Assembly: GCA_003153035.1 (NCBI GenBank)
Contig: PMBT01000026.1
Location: 296-64,295 of the forward strand
Source of the DNA: Opitutia bacterium
GTDB taxonomy: Bacteria; Verrucomicrobiota; Verrucomicrobiia; Opitutales; Opitutaceae
Direction: 5' to 3'
DNA: 64,000 nucleotides
Made by a program: the position numbers and the translations under genes. A model generated the notes under the pieces. That model worked only from the letters and a program-made list of their open reading frames with translations, ran no database searches and was not told where the DNA came from. Of the stretch, positions 34,121-44,608 are shown in pieces. Within the stretch, counting starts at the first letter, position 1. Each line of letters begins with the position of its first letter.

Positions 34121-35050
34121 TCAACGCGACCGCGTTGCCAGGAACGAGTCGATTTCCTTCCGATCCGGGGCGGAAGGTTGCGCTCCGAGACGGGTGACCG
34201 AGATCGCGGCGGCCGCATTGGCGAAACGCACCGCCTCCAGCAGCGGCTTGTTTTCGTCCAGTGCCGCCGCCAAGGCACCGTTGAAGACATCCCCGGCGGC
34301 GGTGGTATCCACCGGTTTCACTTTGAAACCAGGCACGAGCTGTCTGCCCTCCTTCGTCGCCACGAAAGCGCCGCGACGGCCGAGCGTAATGATCACGGTC
34401 TCCACGCCCTTGGCCATGAGCCTGCCGGCGGCCGTGGCAGCGTCAGCTGGGTTGCTTACCTTGATGCCGGTAAGCAACTCGGTCTCGGTTTCATTCGGCG
34501 TGAGGATCGAGATGTGCCTGAACAGCTTGTCCGGCAGCGGCCGGGCCGGCGCGGGGTTGAGGATCACCCGCAGGCCAGCCTCGGTCGCAAGCTGCGCGGC
34601 GGCCTGCACAGTCGCGAGCGGCGTTTCGAGTTGCATGACGAGCAGGCTGGCTCCGGCGAAGGCTCTTCTTGCCTTCCTGACGTCGGCGGGCGACAGCCGG
34701 CTGTTGGCACCGGGGGCGACGGCAATGCTGTTCTCGCCGTTCTTCCCGACAAAGATCAAGGCCACGCCGGACGGCGCCGCGTGGTCCTTGAAGACGTAGC
34801 TGACGCTGATGCCGTCCTTGACGAGACTCGCGACGGCCTGGGCGCCAAACATATCCCGGCCCACGCGCGCGACGAAGCTGACGCGGGCCCCGGCGCGCGC
34901 CGCCCCGACGGCCTGATTGGCGCCCTTGCCGCCAGCCGCGATGCTGAACACGCCGCCCAGGATGGTTTCACCAGGCTTGGGGAGTCGCGCCATCTGGACG
35001 ATCATGTCCGTGTTGGAGCTGCCGACGACGACGATGCCGTTCTTGGCCAT
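34121..35050 (-). CDS. rbsK: Ribokinase (PfkB family)
   Basis: VVVGSSNTDMIV, AAGGKGANQAVGAARAG and the C-terminal DTTAAGDVFNGALAAAL are the PfkB signatures, with ribokinase-typical spacing. Confidence 0.88.
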   Translation of the reverse strand: MAKNGIVVVGSSNTDMIVQMARLPKPGETILGGVFSIAAGGKGANQAVGAARAGARVSFVARVGRDMFGAQAVASLVKDGISVSYVFKDHAAPSGVALIFVGKNGENSIAVAPGANSRLSPADVRKARRAFAGASLLVMQLETPLATVQAAAQLATEAGLRVILNPAPARPLPDKLFRHISILTPNETETELLTGIKVSNPADAATAAGRLMAKGVETVIITLGRRGAFVATKEGRQLVPGFKVKPVDTTAAGDVFNGALAAALDENKPLLEAVRFANAAAAISVTRLGAQPSAPDRKEIDSFLATRSR

Positions 35051-35111
35051 AAAGCACCTCAGGTTGGGGATGGGATGGTATTCTGCCGGATTAGGGCGGT
35101 TTAGATAAATT

Positions 35112-35196
35112 CGTAGCCGCGATTGGATGGAGGGCGGACCTCCGTGTCCGCCGCGGCTCGGCGGGAGCCTCGCCCTCCATTTGGCCGCTGTCTACG
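35112..35196. repeat. Imperfect long palindromic element between the transporter and ribokinase genes
   Basis: CGTAG...ATGGAGGGCG (35127-35136)...GGCTCGGCGGGAGCCTCGCCCTCCAT (ending 35180)...CTACG. The arms pair over about 25 nt with gaps. The core is of the GGAGCCTCGCCCTCC type. Confidence 0.55.
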
Positions 35197-35219
35197 GCTG
35201 CAGTATTCGTGAAACCGGG

Positions 35220-36239
35220 CTAGAGTTTCGACATGATCAGGATGCCGAGGCCGAGGAGGTAAAAGAAGAACATGGCGGTCAGCAGGCTGTTCGTGCCTTT
35301 GGGCGCGTCCTTGAACTCCTTCCAGATGAACACGCCCCAAAAGGCGCCGATCATGGTCGCTCCCTGGCCGAGGCCGTAGGAAAGCGCCGCCCCGGCCCTC
35401 GTGCTCGCGATGATGTTGAACGACATGCCGAGGTTCCAGATCACGCCGCCCAGGATCCCGATCAGATGCAGGCGGGCGTTTCCTTTCGTGAAATAATCGC
35501 CCAATGGCACCGGGGCGCCGGTGAGCGGTTTCACCATCATGATGGTGTTCCAGAGGAAATTGGAAATCAGCAGGCCCGCTGAGAACAACACGACGGCGGT
35601 ATAGGGAGTCAGCTTGCCCGCCGGCCCCAACACGACGACATCGTTGACCACCTTGATCCCCGCCATCGACTGCGCCACGAAGCTGTAGAACCAGCCCATC
35701 AGCAATCCGGCCGCAATGGAGATGGCGATGCCCTTGACCGGAGCCTTGCGGGCACCGCTGGCCAGACGCTTGTAGGCCAGTGCATCGAGGATGATGGCCA
35801 CCACGATTGCCGCCACGCCGGCCGCCAGCATCGGCGTGTTCCCGACCCGCGTCGACAGGTAGGTGGTAATAACGCCCAGAACGAGCGCCAGGCCGACGCC
35901 GATCGGAAAGGCCACCGCGAGGCCTGCGATGTCGATGGCGGCGACGAGCAGGATGTTGGAGAGATTGAAGACGACGCCACCGAGAAAGGCCGAACCGAGC
36001 CAGTGGCTGTCAGCCTGCCGGAGATCGGCCAGGAAGCCGCGTCCGCCGCCGCCCGTGCTGCCCATCGTGAACGCCAGGATGAGCGACCACAACAGCACGC
36101 CGATCGCGTAGTCCCAGTAGAAGAGCTGAAAGCGCCATTCCTTGCTGGCGAGCTTCTGCGTGTTGGCCCAGGACCCCCAGCAGAGCATGGTGATGACGCA
36201 CATCGCGAGGGCGAGCGAGGAGGATTCGACAATGATCAT
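35220..36239 (-). CDS. Ten-TM sugar transporter (GRP/RhaT-like, DMT superfamily)
   Basis: MCVITMLCWGSWANTQKLASKEWRFQLFYWDY..., with two five-helix halves and repeated G-rich helix ends. It lies upstream of and co-directional with ribokinase. Substrate (ribose or glucose) is inferred from context only. Confidence 0.72.
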   Translation of the reverse strand: MIIVESSSLALAMCVITMLCWGSWANTQKLASKEWRFQLFYWDYAIGVLLWSLILAFTMGSTGGGGRGFLADLRQADSHWLGSAFLGGVVFNLSNILLVAAIDIAGLAVAFPIGVGLALVLGVITTYLSTRVGNTPMLAAGVAAIVVAIILDALAYKRLASGARKAPVKGIAISIAAGLLMGWFYSFVAQSMAGIKVVNDVVVLGPAGKLTPYTAVVLFSAGLLISNFLWNTIMMVKPLTGAPVPLGDYFTKGNARLHLIGILGGVIWNLGMSFNIIASTRAGAALSYGLGQGATMIGAFWGVFIWKEFKDAPKGTNSLLTAMFFFYLLGLGILIMSKL

Positions 36240-36595
36240 GGAGGGACTCCGCGGTTCGGGGGATTGTGGAACGGGAGGGTTCCGTTCCGGAGAGAACCAA
36301 ATGGTCGGCTTTCCATGAGAACGCTCCTCAAAGCGGCGACGGGGATTCGCGGAAGATCAGATTTCTCCGCTCGGGATGCAACCGGATTCCCGCACTTGCA
36401 CGCTCGCGTTAGTGGGTTGGGCCATTTTTACCTGTCATCATCCATGGACGCGTTCCCTATGAAATCCATCGCCCTCCTCCCCGCCGCCACATGAAGGCGG
36501 CCCGGCGCGCTCTGGTATGCGACGCGAAAGAGGCGGTCAGTTTGGGCGGGATAGGGCTGGAAGGGCTTTGATTGTGCAGCCAGAGTTGAACGACC

Positions 36596-37612
36596 ATGAA
36601 ACTCCTTTTCCTCGGCGGAACCGGCAACATCAGCGCCGCGTGCGTGCGGCTCGCCCTCACCCAGGGGCATGAGGTCTTCATGCTCAATCGCGGCAACCGC
36701 GACCCCGCTGCCCATGGTATCCATGGGGCGATCACGCTGGCCGGGAACATCCAGGACGAATTCTCCATCCATGCCGCCCTCGGCGCCCGCACCTTTGATG
36801 CCGTCGCCGACTTCGTCGCCTACAAGGCCGCCGACGTGGAGCGCGATATTCGTCTCTTTTCCGGCCGCTGCGCCCAGTATTTCTTTATCAGCTCGGCATC
36901 GGCCTACGAGAAGCCGCCGCGCCTTCCCTTCATCACCGAGTCGCACCCGCTCAAGAACCCCTACTGGGAATACTCTCGCGACAAGATCGCCTGCGAGGAG
37001 GCCTGCACCGGCGCCTACCGCGAACGCGATTTCCCGGCGATCATCGTCCGTCCGTCCCTGACCTATGAGACCGTCTGGCCCATCGCCATCGGCGGCTGGG
37101 ATGATTTCACGCTCATCGACCGCATTCGTCGCGGTGGCGAGATCGTCGTCCACGGCGACGGGACCTCCCTCTGGACCGTCACCCACTCCGAGGATTTTGC
37201 CCGCGGCTTCGACGGACTTTTTGGCAACATGGCCGCCGTCGGCCACGCCTTCCACATCACCTCCGACGAAGTTCTCACTTGGAACCAACTCTACGCCACT
37301 CTCGCCGAGGCCGCCGGTGTCGCGCCGAAGTTCGTTCATATCCCCTCCGATTTTCTCGCGGCGATCAACCCCTGGGAGCGCGGCAATCTCCTCGGTGACA
37401 AGGCCCACTCCGCGATCTTCGACAACTCCAAGATCAAGCGCTTCGTCCCCAGTTTCCAGGCCGTCATCCCCTTCCACGCCGGCGTCCGCCGCACCCTCGC
37501 CTGGTTCGAGGCCGACGCGTCCCGACAGAAGATCATCCCCGGCGTCAACCAAACCATGGACGGTTACCTCGGCGCCTGGCGGGCCGCCCTTGCCACGCTC
37601 CCCGGAAAATAA
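36596..37612 (+). CDS. NAD-dependent epimerase/dehydratase (extended SDR)
   Basis: MKLLFLGGTGNISAACV is a Rossmann GxxGxxG. The YSRDK catalytic Y-x3-K is present. Length is 338 aa. Confidence 0.85.
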   Translation: MKLLFLGGTGNISAACVRLALTQGHEVFMLNRGNRDPAAHGIHGAITLAGNIQDEFSIHAALGARTFDAVADFVAYKAADVERDIRLFSGRCAQYFFISSASAYEKPPRLPFITESHPLKNPYWEYSRDKIACEEACTGAYRERDFPAIIVRPSLTYETVWPIAIGGWDDFTLIDRIRRGGEIVVHGDGTSLWTVTHSEDFARGFDGLFGNMAAVGHAFHITSDEVLTWNQLYATLAEAAGVAPKFVHIPSDFLAAINPWERGNLLGDKAHSAIFDNSKIKRFVPSFQAVIPFHAGVRRTLAWFEADASRQKIIPGVNQTMDGYLGAWRAALATLPGK

Positions 37613-37655
37613 ACCCACCCGGTGATTATCTCGGTTGGCGAGTCAATCATCCCCC

Positions 37656-38633
37656 ATGAAAACTCATTTCATCGCGATATTCGGGTGCGGCGACTTCCTC
37701 CGCTGGCAGGCCGACTCCCTCAAAAACTCCGGAGCCTTCAGGATCGCCGCCCTCTATGATCCCGATCAGGCTCGCGCGCAGAAATATTGCCATCAGTTCG
37801 GCAGCCGTGTGGTCGCCGATCCCGACGCCATCTTCGCCGACGAGTCCATCGACCTCGTCGCCCTCTTTGTCCCGCCCTGGGTCCGCAAGGGCCTCTTCCT
37901 GAAGGCCGCCGGCGCCGGCAAGCACGTCATCACCACGAAGCCCTTTGGCTCCACCAGCGCCGAATGCCGGGAGATGACAACCGCCGCCACTAGGACCGGC
38001 ATCAAGGCCGGCGTCATTTACAGCCGCACGGACGACCCCTTCATGGAGGCCGCCCGGGACCTTTTCGCCTCCGGCCGCCTCGGCCGCCTCGCCCTCTACA
38101 AGCAGGACTGGATCCATGCCTATCCGCAGTGGAACAACTGGGCCACCGACCCCGAGAAGAACGGCGGCCCGTTCATGGATGCCATGATCCACAACCTCAA
38201 TGCGGCCTGCTACCTCATGGATCAGCCCGTTGGAAAAACCGCCTTCTTTTCCGACCGCCTTGCGCACACCGACTTGAAGTGCGCCGATACCGAGGCGATG
38301 ATTGTGAACTTCGCCGGAGGAGGCGTGGCCAATCTCTTCATCACCTGGGCCGCCGACCTCGCCACCCACAGCCGCGAGGGCAACGACCGTGAACACATCG
38401 ACCTTTTTTACCTCGTCACCGACCAAGGCTGGCGCATCACCAGGGAATGGCGCGACGGCCGCCCGGTCATCGTCGCCTCGCGCGATGGCAGACAGGAGGT
38501 CATCCCCTGTCCGCCGATCGCACAGACGCCGTACGATGCCTTCGCCGCGCACGTGGACGGCGCCCCCTTCCCCCGGGTCCTGGCCAGCCTTTCGGACGCC
38601 ACCCGCGACATCGCTCTCATTCGCCGGGACTGA
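37656..38633 (+). CDS. Gfo/Idh/MocA-family NAD(P)-dependent oxidoreductase
   Basis: MKTHFIAIFGCGDFLRWQADSL...DLVALFVPPWVRKGLFLKAAGAGKHVITTKP is the typical N-terminal Rossmann domain plus an EKP-like motif. I prefer ATG 37656 to the TTG at 37635. Confidence 0.82.
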   Translation: MKTHFIAIFGCGDFLRWQADSLKNSGAFRIAALYDPDQARAQKYCHQFGSRVVADPDAIFADESIDLVALFVPPWVRKGLFLKAAGAGKHVITTKPFGSTSAECREMTTAATRTGIKAGVIYSRTDDPFMEAARDLFASGRLGRLALYKQDWIHAYPQWNNWATDPEKNGGPFMDAMIHNLNAACYLMDQPVGKTAFFSDRLAHTDLKCADTEAMIVNFAGGGVANLFITWAADLATHSREGNDREHIDLFYLVTDQGWRITREWRDGRPVIVASRDGRQEVIPCPPIAQTPYDAFAAHVDGAPFPRVLASLSDATRDIALIRRD

Positions 38634-38756
38634 TGCAGGCCCGTCCGTCCGGATAAACTGCCAGTGGACGTCTGCCCGGCTGGAGGCCCATTGCGGCGTG
38701 GTGGTTCAGAAGTGACCTGGCGATTCCCTGGTGTTTGAGCCTCGCGACTTCCGTGA

Positions 38757-40907
38757 CTACAGCGCGACGTTGAACCGCGCGGATTCCGGGCCCGCGAACA
38801 GCAGGATCTCGCCGGGTTCGAGGATCCGTCGGCCGTCGCCATCCGGAAATGACAGGTCGCGCGCTGGATTGATTTCGAACTGGAACACGCGACTGGCGCC
38901 CGCCGCGATGGCCGCTGATTCGAAGTGCGTCAGCTCTTTCAGCGGACGCGTGATGCCCGCCGCCGGATCGCGAATGAACCAGAGTACCGTCTCGGTGCCG
39001 TCGCGCCGGCCGGTATTCGTCACTGTGACCTCCGCCTGCAACGTTTCGTCCGGGCTGACGGTGGGACGCCTCAGCCGAATTGGACTGTAGGCAAACCTCG
39101 TGTAGCTCAGGCCGTGGCCGAACTCGTAGAGCGGAGTCGTTCCGAAGTCCTGATACTCACCGTTCGGACTCACACGCGCCCGCGGCCGCATGTTGTGGTA
39201 GATCGGAATCTGGCCGGTGGTGCGCGGCCACGTGACCGACAGGCGGCCGCTGGGATTCCTGCGTCCGAGCAGCAGGTCCGCGACCGCCGCGCCGCCGCGG
39301 GTGCCCGGCTGCCAGACCGCCAGAATCGCCGCCATTCCCGGCTCCACTGCCGCCAACTCCACCGGTCGGCCGGAGACAACGAGCAGCACGACCGGCGTGC
39401 CCGTTGCCGCGACGGCCAGCGCAAGCTCCTGCTGCAAACCCGGGAGCCGCAGCGTCGAGCGGGAGGCGTTTTCGCCGCTCATCTGCGCGGATTCACCCAG
39501 GCAGAGCAGGACCAGATCGGAATCCCGGGCCAGCGCCACCGCCTCGGCAAATCCGTCCCGTCCGCCGCCGTCAATCGCGCAGCCCTGCGCAGCGCGCAGC
39601 TGAACTCCCGCCGGGAGCTTCTCCCTCACCCCTTCAAGCAGGCTCACAACCTCGTGCGCCCTGCCCTGCTGGCTCCAAGCACCCAGCAGTGCCGCTTTTT
39701 CATCCCCAAGCGGGCCGATCATCGCCAGCCGGCACACACTGCCGGCCACCGGCAGGATGTCGCCGCGGTTCTTCAGCAATACCATCGACTGAGCGGCGAA
39801 CTCCTCCGCCAGTTTCAGAAAGTCCCCGCGTGGCGGCAAATCCTCTCCCGAGGCCGGTGGACAAAACGGATGTTCGAACAGGCCGAGGTCGAATTTCACG
39901 CGCAGGATCCGCTGGACGGCCGCGTCGATGGTCCCTGGCGAGACCCTCGTCTGCTGCATAAGCGCGCCCAGGTGCTTGCGATAGAGCCCGTCCGCCATAT
40001 CGAGGTCCACGCCGGCGTTGATCGCTTTCTCGGCCGCCTCCGCCTCGTCGGCGGCGAATCCCTGGTTGATCAACTGCCGGACGGCGTTCCAGTCGGAAAC
40101 GACCAGTCCCTCAAACCCCCACCGATTGCGGAGAATCTCCGTCAGCAAGTGGCGGTTGGCGCTGGCCGGCACGCCGTTGAGGTCATTGTAGGCGCTCATG
40201 ACCGTGCGCGCGCCGGCCTTTACCCCCGCTGCGAAGGGTGGCAGATGCATCTCCCAGAGGCGCTGCGGCGAAATATCTGTATAGCTGTAGTCCCGCCCGC
40301 CTTCGGAATTGCCATAGCCGGCAAAGTGCTTGAGGCAGGCGGCCAGCGCTGGCGACGTCCCCGCCTCAAGGCCTTGATAACCACGCACCGCGGCCTCGCA
40401 GTAGATCGAGGCAGCGCAGGGGGACTCGCCAAAGGTCTCGGCAATGCGTCCCCAGCGGGCATCCACCGCGATGTCGACCATCGGCGCAAAGGTCCAGTCC
40501 ACGCCCTGGGCGCGGGCCTCCTCCGCGGCGGCGGCGCAGGCCTGGCGCACCAGTTCCGGATTCCATGAGCAGGCCTGTGCGAGGGGAATCGGGAAGATTG
40601 TCCGGTAGCCGTGGATAACGTCGGCCCCAAAGATCGCGGGAATGCCCAGCCGCGATTCTTCGACACATTTCCGCTGGAGGGCATTGCGGAGCGCCAGATC
40701 CGGCTGGGCGCCGTTGAGAATAAACGAGCCGTAAGTCGGTCGAAACTGCTCGGCCAGCAAAGGAAGGTTATTCGGGTTGGTGTCGCCGGCACCGCACTGG
40801 TGCAGCTGATCGATCTTCTCCTCGAGGGTCATCCGTCCGAGCAAATCCCGCACCCGCTGCTCCAAAGGCAGGCGGGCATTCCGGTAGGGCAAGGTCTCCG
40901 CAGCCAT
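38757..40907 (-). CDS. Glycoside hydrolase family 3 beta-glucosidase (BglX-like), no signal peptide
   Basis: LEQRVRDLLGRMTLEEKIDQL, GIPAIFGADVIHG, KHFAGYG and GLVVSDWNAV (SDW nucleophile motif), with a C-terminal Fn3-like domain. A GAGGAGG Shine-Dalgarno sequence lies upstream. Confidence 0.9.
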   Translation of the reverse strand: MAAETLPYRNARLPLEQRVRDLLGRMTLEEKIDQLHQCGAGDTNPNNLPLLAEQFRPTYGSFILNGAQPDLALRNALQRKCVEESRLGIPAIFGADVIHGYRTIFPIPLAQACSWNPELVRQACAAAAEEARAQGVDWTFAPMVDIAVDARWGRIAETFGESPCAASIYCEAAVRGYQGLEAGTSPALAACLKHFAGYGNSEGGRDYSYTDISPQRLWEMHLPPFAAGVKAGARTVMSAYNDLNGVPASANRHLLTEILRNRWGFEGLVVSDWNAVRQLINQGFAADEAEAAEKAINAGVDLDMADGLYRKHLGALMQQTRVSPGTIDAAVQRILRVKFDLGLFEHPFCPPASGEDLPPRGDFLKLAEEFAAQSMVLLKNRGDILPVAGSVCRLAMIGPLGDEKAALLGAWSQQGRAHEVVSLLEGVREKLPAGVQLRAAQGCAIDGGGRDGFAEAVALARDSDLVLLCLGESAQMSGENASRSTLRLPGLQQELALAVAATGTPVVLLVVSGRPVELAAVEPGMAAILAVWQPGTRGGAAVADLLLGRRNPSGRLSVTWPRTTGQIPIYHNMRPRARVSPNGEYQDFGTTPLYEFGHGLSYTRFAYSPIRLRRPTVSPDETLQAEVTVTNTGRRDGTETVLWFIRDPAAGITRPLKELTHFESAAIAAGASRVFQFEINPARDLSFPDGDGRRILEPGEILLFAGPESARFNVAL

Positions 40908-41008
40908 GGCAAAAGTTCCTCCTCAATTCACGCTGCACCCCATCGTCAGCGTGAGCGGTCGCCACAAATCTGTGCCCGGTGAAGCCGGGAGCGGAGAGAC
41001 GGGGGTTT

Positions 41009-44000
41009 TCATTGCACGGAAAGACGCAGCAGTTTCGGCGGCGGCGCAGTAAACGCACGCTCTGTTTCGCGACCATCAGGCCAGCGAATCCGCAGCCGAA
41101 CCGGCAGAGCGGAATCGGCGTAACCGAAAAATACCGTCGCGCTCGACTGCGCCAAATAACCCGAGCCGGCGCTGACTTCAGCGGTCTGGGTCGAACCGTC
41201 GGTGAGCTGCAGCGTGAGCCGGGCCCCGACGGCCGTGGGGTTTCCCGGCGCACTGCGCAGCGCCACGCCGAAACTGTGCCGGCCGGGCTGGCCGCGGTTG
41301 AGAAAGGTCAGCGGGAGGTCGTTATTGCGCGTCACGAAAACATCAGGCCAGCCATCCTGGTTGAGATCGGCCGCCGCCAGCGCGCGAGCATCGCCGGGTA
41401 CGATGAATCCGCTCTCGGCCGGCGGCACCGGGGTGAAACCGCCTGCGCCGTCACCACGCAACAGCCAGCCGATGCCGCCGTCGAACCGGCCGGTCTCCGG
41501 AATTGGCGCATAGGAGTTGCCGACCAGCAGGAGGTCGGCGCGACCGTCACCGTCGAAATCGCCGGCCACGATGCCGTGGACCGGGGCGATTTGGGCCAGA
41601 CGCGGCAGTGGCGTGAAGCGGTAGGTGCCGTCGCGCTGCGAGAGAAAAATGCCGCTGCGCAATTCGGTGGCTGCGAACTTGGTGGCCGCCGCCAGCGTTG
41701 CCGCTGGAAATACCTCCTCAAGCGTGGCTTTCGCGTAAGATTCGGCCGTGGGGAAGCGGCGGGCCAGCGAAGGGAATACGCTCGCCAGCGTCTCACGGGT
41801 GCGCAGCGGATACCATTTGCCTCCCTCGGCCTGCGCCTCGACGAGCTGCGGAGCAGAGCCGTCGAGCGCCACATTAGCGTAGAGCACCGCCGGCTCGGCG
41901 GCGGAGGCGTGATAGCGGGTGTTGAGTCCGATGTTGCCCACGACAAAGTCCGGCTGGCCGTCGCCGTTGAAATCCGCCGCCGCCAGCGAGCGCCACCAGC
42001 CGTTGCCGGCGGAGGCGAAGCCGAGCTTTTCCGTCACGTCCTCGAGACATTTCCCGTTCACGTTGCGATAGCACGCGACCGGACCCCAGTCGTACGCGAC
42101 CAGCAGGTCGGGCCAGCCATCGCCATCGATATCGCTCCAGAGCGCGGCCGTGACCATGCCGCGCGCGGCGAGCGAGGGTGCGAACTCGGCGGTCACATCG
42201 ACATAGCGCCCGTCGCGCCACGCGAGCAGGGCGCTGCGCGGCGCTTCCGGATAGCGGCCCGGCACGATGCGACCGCCGATGAATATCCCGAGCCGGCCGC
42301 TGTGCTCGAAGTCGGCGGCGGCGGCAGCCCCAACGGTGATGGGGAGCGGTGGCATCATCCTGGCCGGCGCCGCCGCGAACTGGCCGCGGCCCTTATTGAG
42401 CAGGAGGTGCGGCTGGTAAGCCGGCGAATCGGCTGGCGCGGCGATGCCGGCTTTGGTGACCAGCAAATCCAGGTCGCCATCCGCATCGGCATCGAACGCG
42501 AGGATCGGCCCGTCGGCGACCACCACATTCTCATTGAACAGGCTCAAACCATAAGCGAGAAACCGGCCGCCGCCGAGATTGGAAAAAAGCCGGCCGGACT
42601 CACCCGACACGCCGCCCAGTGCGAGATCGTCCTCTCCATCGCCATCAAAATCGGCGAAGGCGACCGCGGGGCCGGGCCGGTTGAACCGGAAAGGCAGCAG
42701 CGGCTGCTGACTCAGTTCATTGAGCGGACGCTCGTGATTGGGGACATCAAGATTTGCAGCCTGACCGGCCTCGGTGAATAACGGGGTGGGCCTCGCCGGT
42801 AGTGATACGGTCGGGGCTTCCGCGGGTTCGGTGATGGTGTACCGCCGGTCGGCGACGAGGTTGCTGAATGTCTGGCGGCGGCCGCTGGGCCACTCGATTG
42901 TCAGCCGTCGGATGACGTTATTGTTGCCGAGGCCAAAGTGCACGATGGGCTCGCTCGTGGAGAGGTAACCGCGAGCGAGAGTGAGCGTGCGCATCTGCGG
43001 ACCGTCGTCGGTCACGATCCGTACGGTGGCGCCGACTCCGAAGCGATTGGAGGCGGTGCCGCGCAGATCGAGCACGACCGCATGGCCGGCATCCGCGTCG
43101 TTCCGGCAGACGGTGAGCTCACCGTCATAGCTGGCGAACACGAGGTCGAGGTCACCATCGCCATCGAGATCGCCGAACGCCGCGCCAAAGCCGACCCCGA
43201 GGTGATCGAGACCCCACGCCGCGCTGACGTTCTCAAACCGCAGGTCGCCGAGGTTGCGGAATGCCAGGTGCCGCTCGGCCAGTGGCGGACTCACCTTCAT
43301 GACCCGGATGCTCTCGGCCATGGTCTCGGCGGCCAAGGAACGTTGCACGAGGTCGGCATTGGTGAATTCGCGCACCATCCCGGTGGTGAAATAGGCGTCG
43401 AGCCGGCCATCCAGATCGAGATCTTCCAGGCGGACGCCAAAAGTCCAGTCGGTCGCCTGCAAGCCGGCCAGGTGCGCGGCCTCGAGCACGCGGCCGGTGC
43501 CGGTGCCGAGGAAAAGGGCATTCTGCATGTACTGTGGCGCGGCCTGGGGATACTGTTCGTCGTCCGGCAAAGCGCTCCTGAGTTTCGCCATGCCACGATG
43601 GTTTTTGTAGCGCGTGGTGGCCGCCATGTCGGCGACGAACAGGTCGAGATGACCGTTATTCTCCAGGTCGCCCAGGTCGGCGCTCATCGAGAAGTGCGGC
43701 GTGTGCGGGACGACGGAAGAGAGCACATTGGTGAAGGTGCCGTCACGGTTGTTGTGGTAGAGCTGATCGGGCTGCCAGAAATCACTCGGGACATAAAGAT
43801 CGGGCCAGCCGTCCTCATCATAATCCCACCACATGGCTGAATGGCTCTGCAACTCGCCGGAAATCCCGGCCCGATCGGTCACGTTTGTGAACGTCCCGTT
43901 GCGATTGCTGTGAAAAAGATAGCCGCGCTGGCCATTGGGATGCGCGGCATGGTCCAGCAGGTTGGTTGCTAGGTACATGTCGAGCCAGCCGTCGCGGTCG

Positions 44001-44608
44001 TAGTCGCAGAAGGCCGCCATCACGCTTGAGTCGGTGACATCGAGCCCGTAGGCATGCGCCATCTCCTTGAAGCTGCCGTCCCCCTGGTTGATATAAAGCA
44101 GGTTCGGGGCGTTGAAACGGCAGACATAAATATCGAGCCGGCCGTCATTGTTCACGTCCGCAAAGGCCGCACCCTGTTTCCACGCGCCCGTCGGACCGGC
44201 GACGCCGGCCCGCTCAGTGACATCCTCGAAACGGAAGCCGCCGAGATTGCGAAACAGATGGTTCGGGCCTGTTTTGCTCACCACAAAAACATCCGGCCGG
44301 CCGTCACCATCGAAATCGCCGATCGCGACGCCTGTGCCGATCGAACCGGCGTTGAATTCGTGGTAAAGTTGCCCCCACATCGCCGGATCGTCGTACGCAT
44401 TGCCGGCCTTCAGGCCGGTCTGTGCTGACGGCAAAGTCACGAAGAGGGTCGGACCACGCGGGCCGGACCGTACAGCCAATGGAACCGAGGCCGGCTCGGC
44501 CGGAGACCCCCCCGCCGACCCTGCGCAGACTCCCATGGCCGCCATGATGCCCAGGCAGAGACCATGGGATAGTCGCCTATTATGCAGGATGCTCGGCAGA
44601 GCAGACAT
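41009..44608 (-). CDS. CRTAC1-family protein: multiple FG-GAP/VCBS repeats plus two ASPIC/UnbV domains (1199 aa), secreted
   Basis: Trimmed to ATG 44608 (MSALPSILHNRRLSHGLCLGIMAAMGVCAG). Repeated GDFDGDGRPD, DYDRDGWLD, GDLDGDGDLD and DFDGDGEDD Ca-binding FG-GAP loops. UnbV-type blocks are RFGVGATVRIVTDDG...ARGYLSTSEPIVHFGLG and AVGARLTLQLTDGS...GSGYLAQSSATVFFGY. Confidence 0.88.
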   Translation of the reverse strand: MSALPSILHNRRLSHGLCLGIMAAMGVCAGSAGGSPAEPASVPLAVRSGPRGPTLFVTLPSAQTGLKAGNAYDDPAMWGQLYHEFNAGSIGTGVAIGDFDGDGRPDVFVVSKTGPNHLFRNLGGFRFEDVTERAGVAGPTGAWKQGAAFADVNNDGRLDIYVCRFNAPNLLYINQGDGSFKEMAHAYGLDVTDSSVMAAFCDYDRDGWLDMYLATNLLDHAAHPNGQRGYLFHSNRNGTFTNVTDRAGISGELQSHSAMWWDYDEDGWPDLYVPSDFWQPDQLYHNNRDGTFTNVLSSVVPHTPHFSMSADLGDLENNGHLDLFVADMAATTRYKNHRGMAKLRSALPDDEQYPQAAPQYMQNALFLGTGTGRVLEAAHLAGLQATDWTFGVRLEDLDLDGRLDAYFTTGMVREFTNADLVQRSLAAETMAESIRVMKVSPPLAERHLAFRNLGDLRFENVSAAWGLDHLGVGFGAAFGDLDGDGDLDLVFASYDGELTVCRNDADAGHAVVLDLRGTASNRFGVGATVRIVTDDGPQMRTLTLARGYLSTSEPIVHFGLGNNNVIRRLTIEWPSGRRQTFSNLVADRRYTITEPAEAPTVSLPARPTPLFTEAGQAANLDVPNHERPLNELSQQPLLPFRFNRPGPAVAFADFDGDGEDDLALGGVSGESGRLFSNLGGGRFLAYGLSLFNENVVVADGPILAFDADADGDLDLLVTKAGIAAPADSPAYQPHLLLNKGRGQFAAAPARMMPPLPITVGAAAAADFEHSGRLGIFIGGRIVPGRYPEAPRSALLAWRDGRYVDVTAEFAPSLAARGMVTAALWSDIDGDGWPDLLVAYDWGPVACYRNVNGKCLEDVTEKLGFASAGNGWWRSLAAADFNGDGQPDFVVGNIGLNTRYHASAAEPAVLYANVALDGSAPQLVEAQAEGGKWYPLRTRETLASVFPSLARRFPTAESYAKATLEEVFPAATLAAATKFAATELRSGIFLSQRDGTYRFTPLPRLAQIAPVHGIVAGDFDGDGRADLLLVGNSYAPIPETGRFDGGIGWLLRGDGAGGFTPVPPAESGFIVPGDARALAAADLNQDGWPDVFVTRNNDLPLTFLNRGQPGRHSFGVALRSAPGNPTAVGARLTLQLTDGSTQTAEVSAGSGYLAQSSATVFFGYADSALPVRLRIRWPDGRETERAFTAPPPKLLRLSVQ

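Noticed and set aside
36428-37618. 396-aa minus-strand ORF antisense to the SDR epimerase gene
   Set aside because: The Gly/Asp/Val-rich repetitive translation is typical of the reverse frame of a GC-rich gene. The plus strand has the GxxGxxG and YxxxK motifs.
40979-42781. 600-aa plus-strand ORF antisense to the CRTAC1-type gene
   Set aside because: Shadow ORF. The minus strand shows repeated FG-GAP and UnbV motifs over the same interval.
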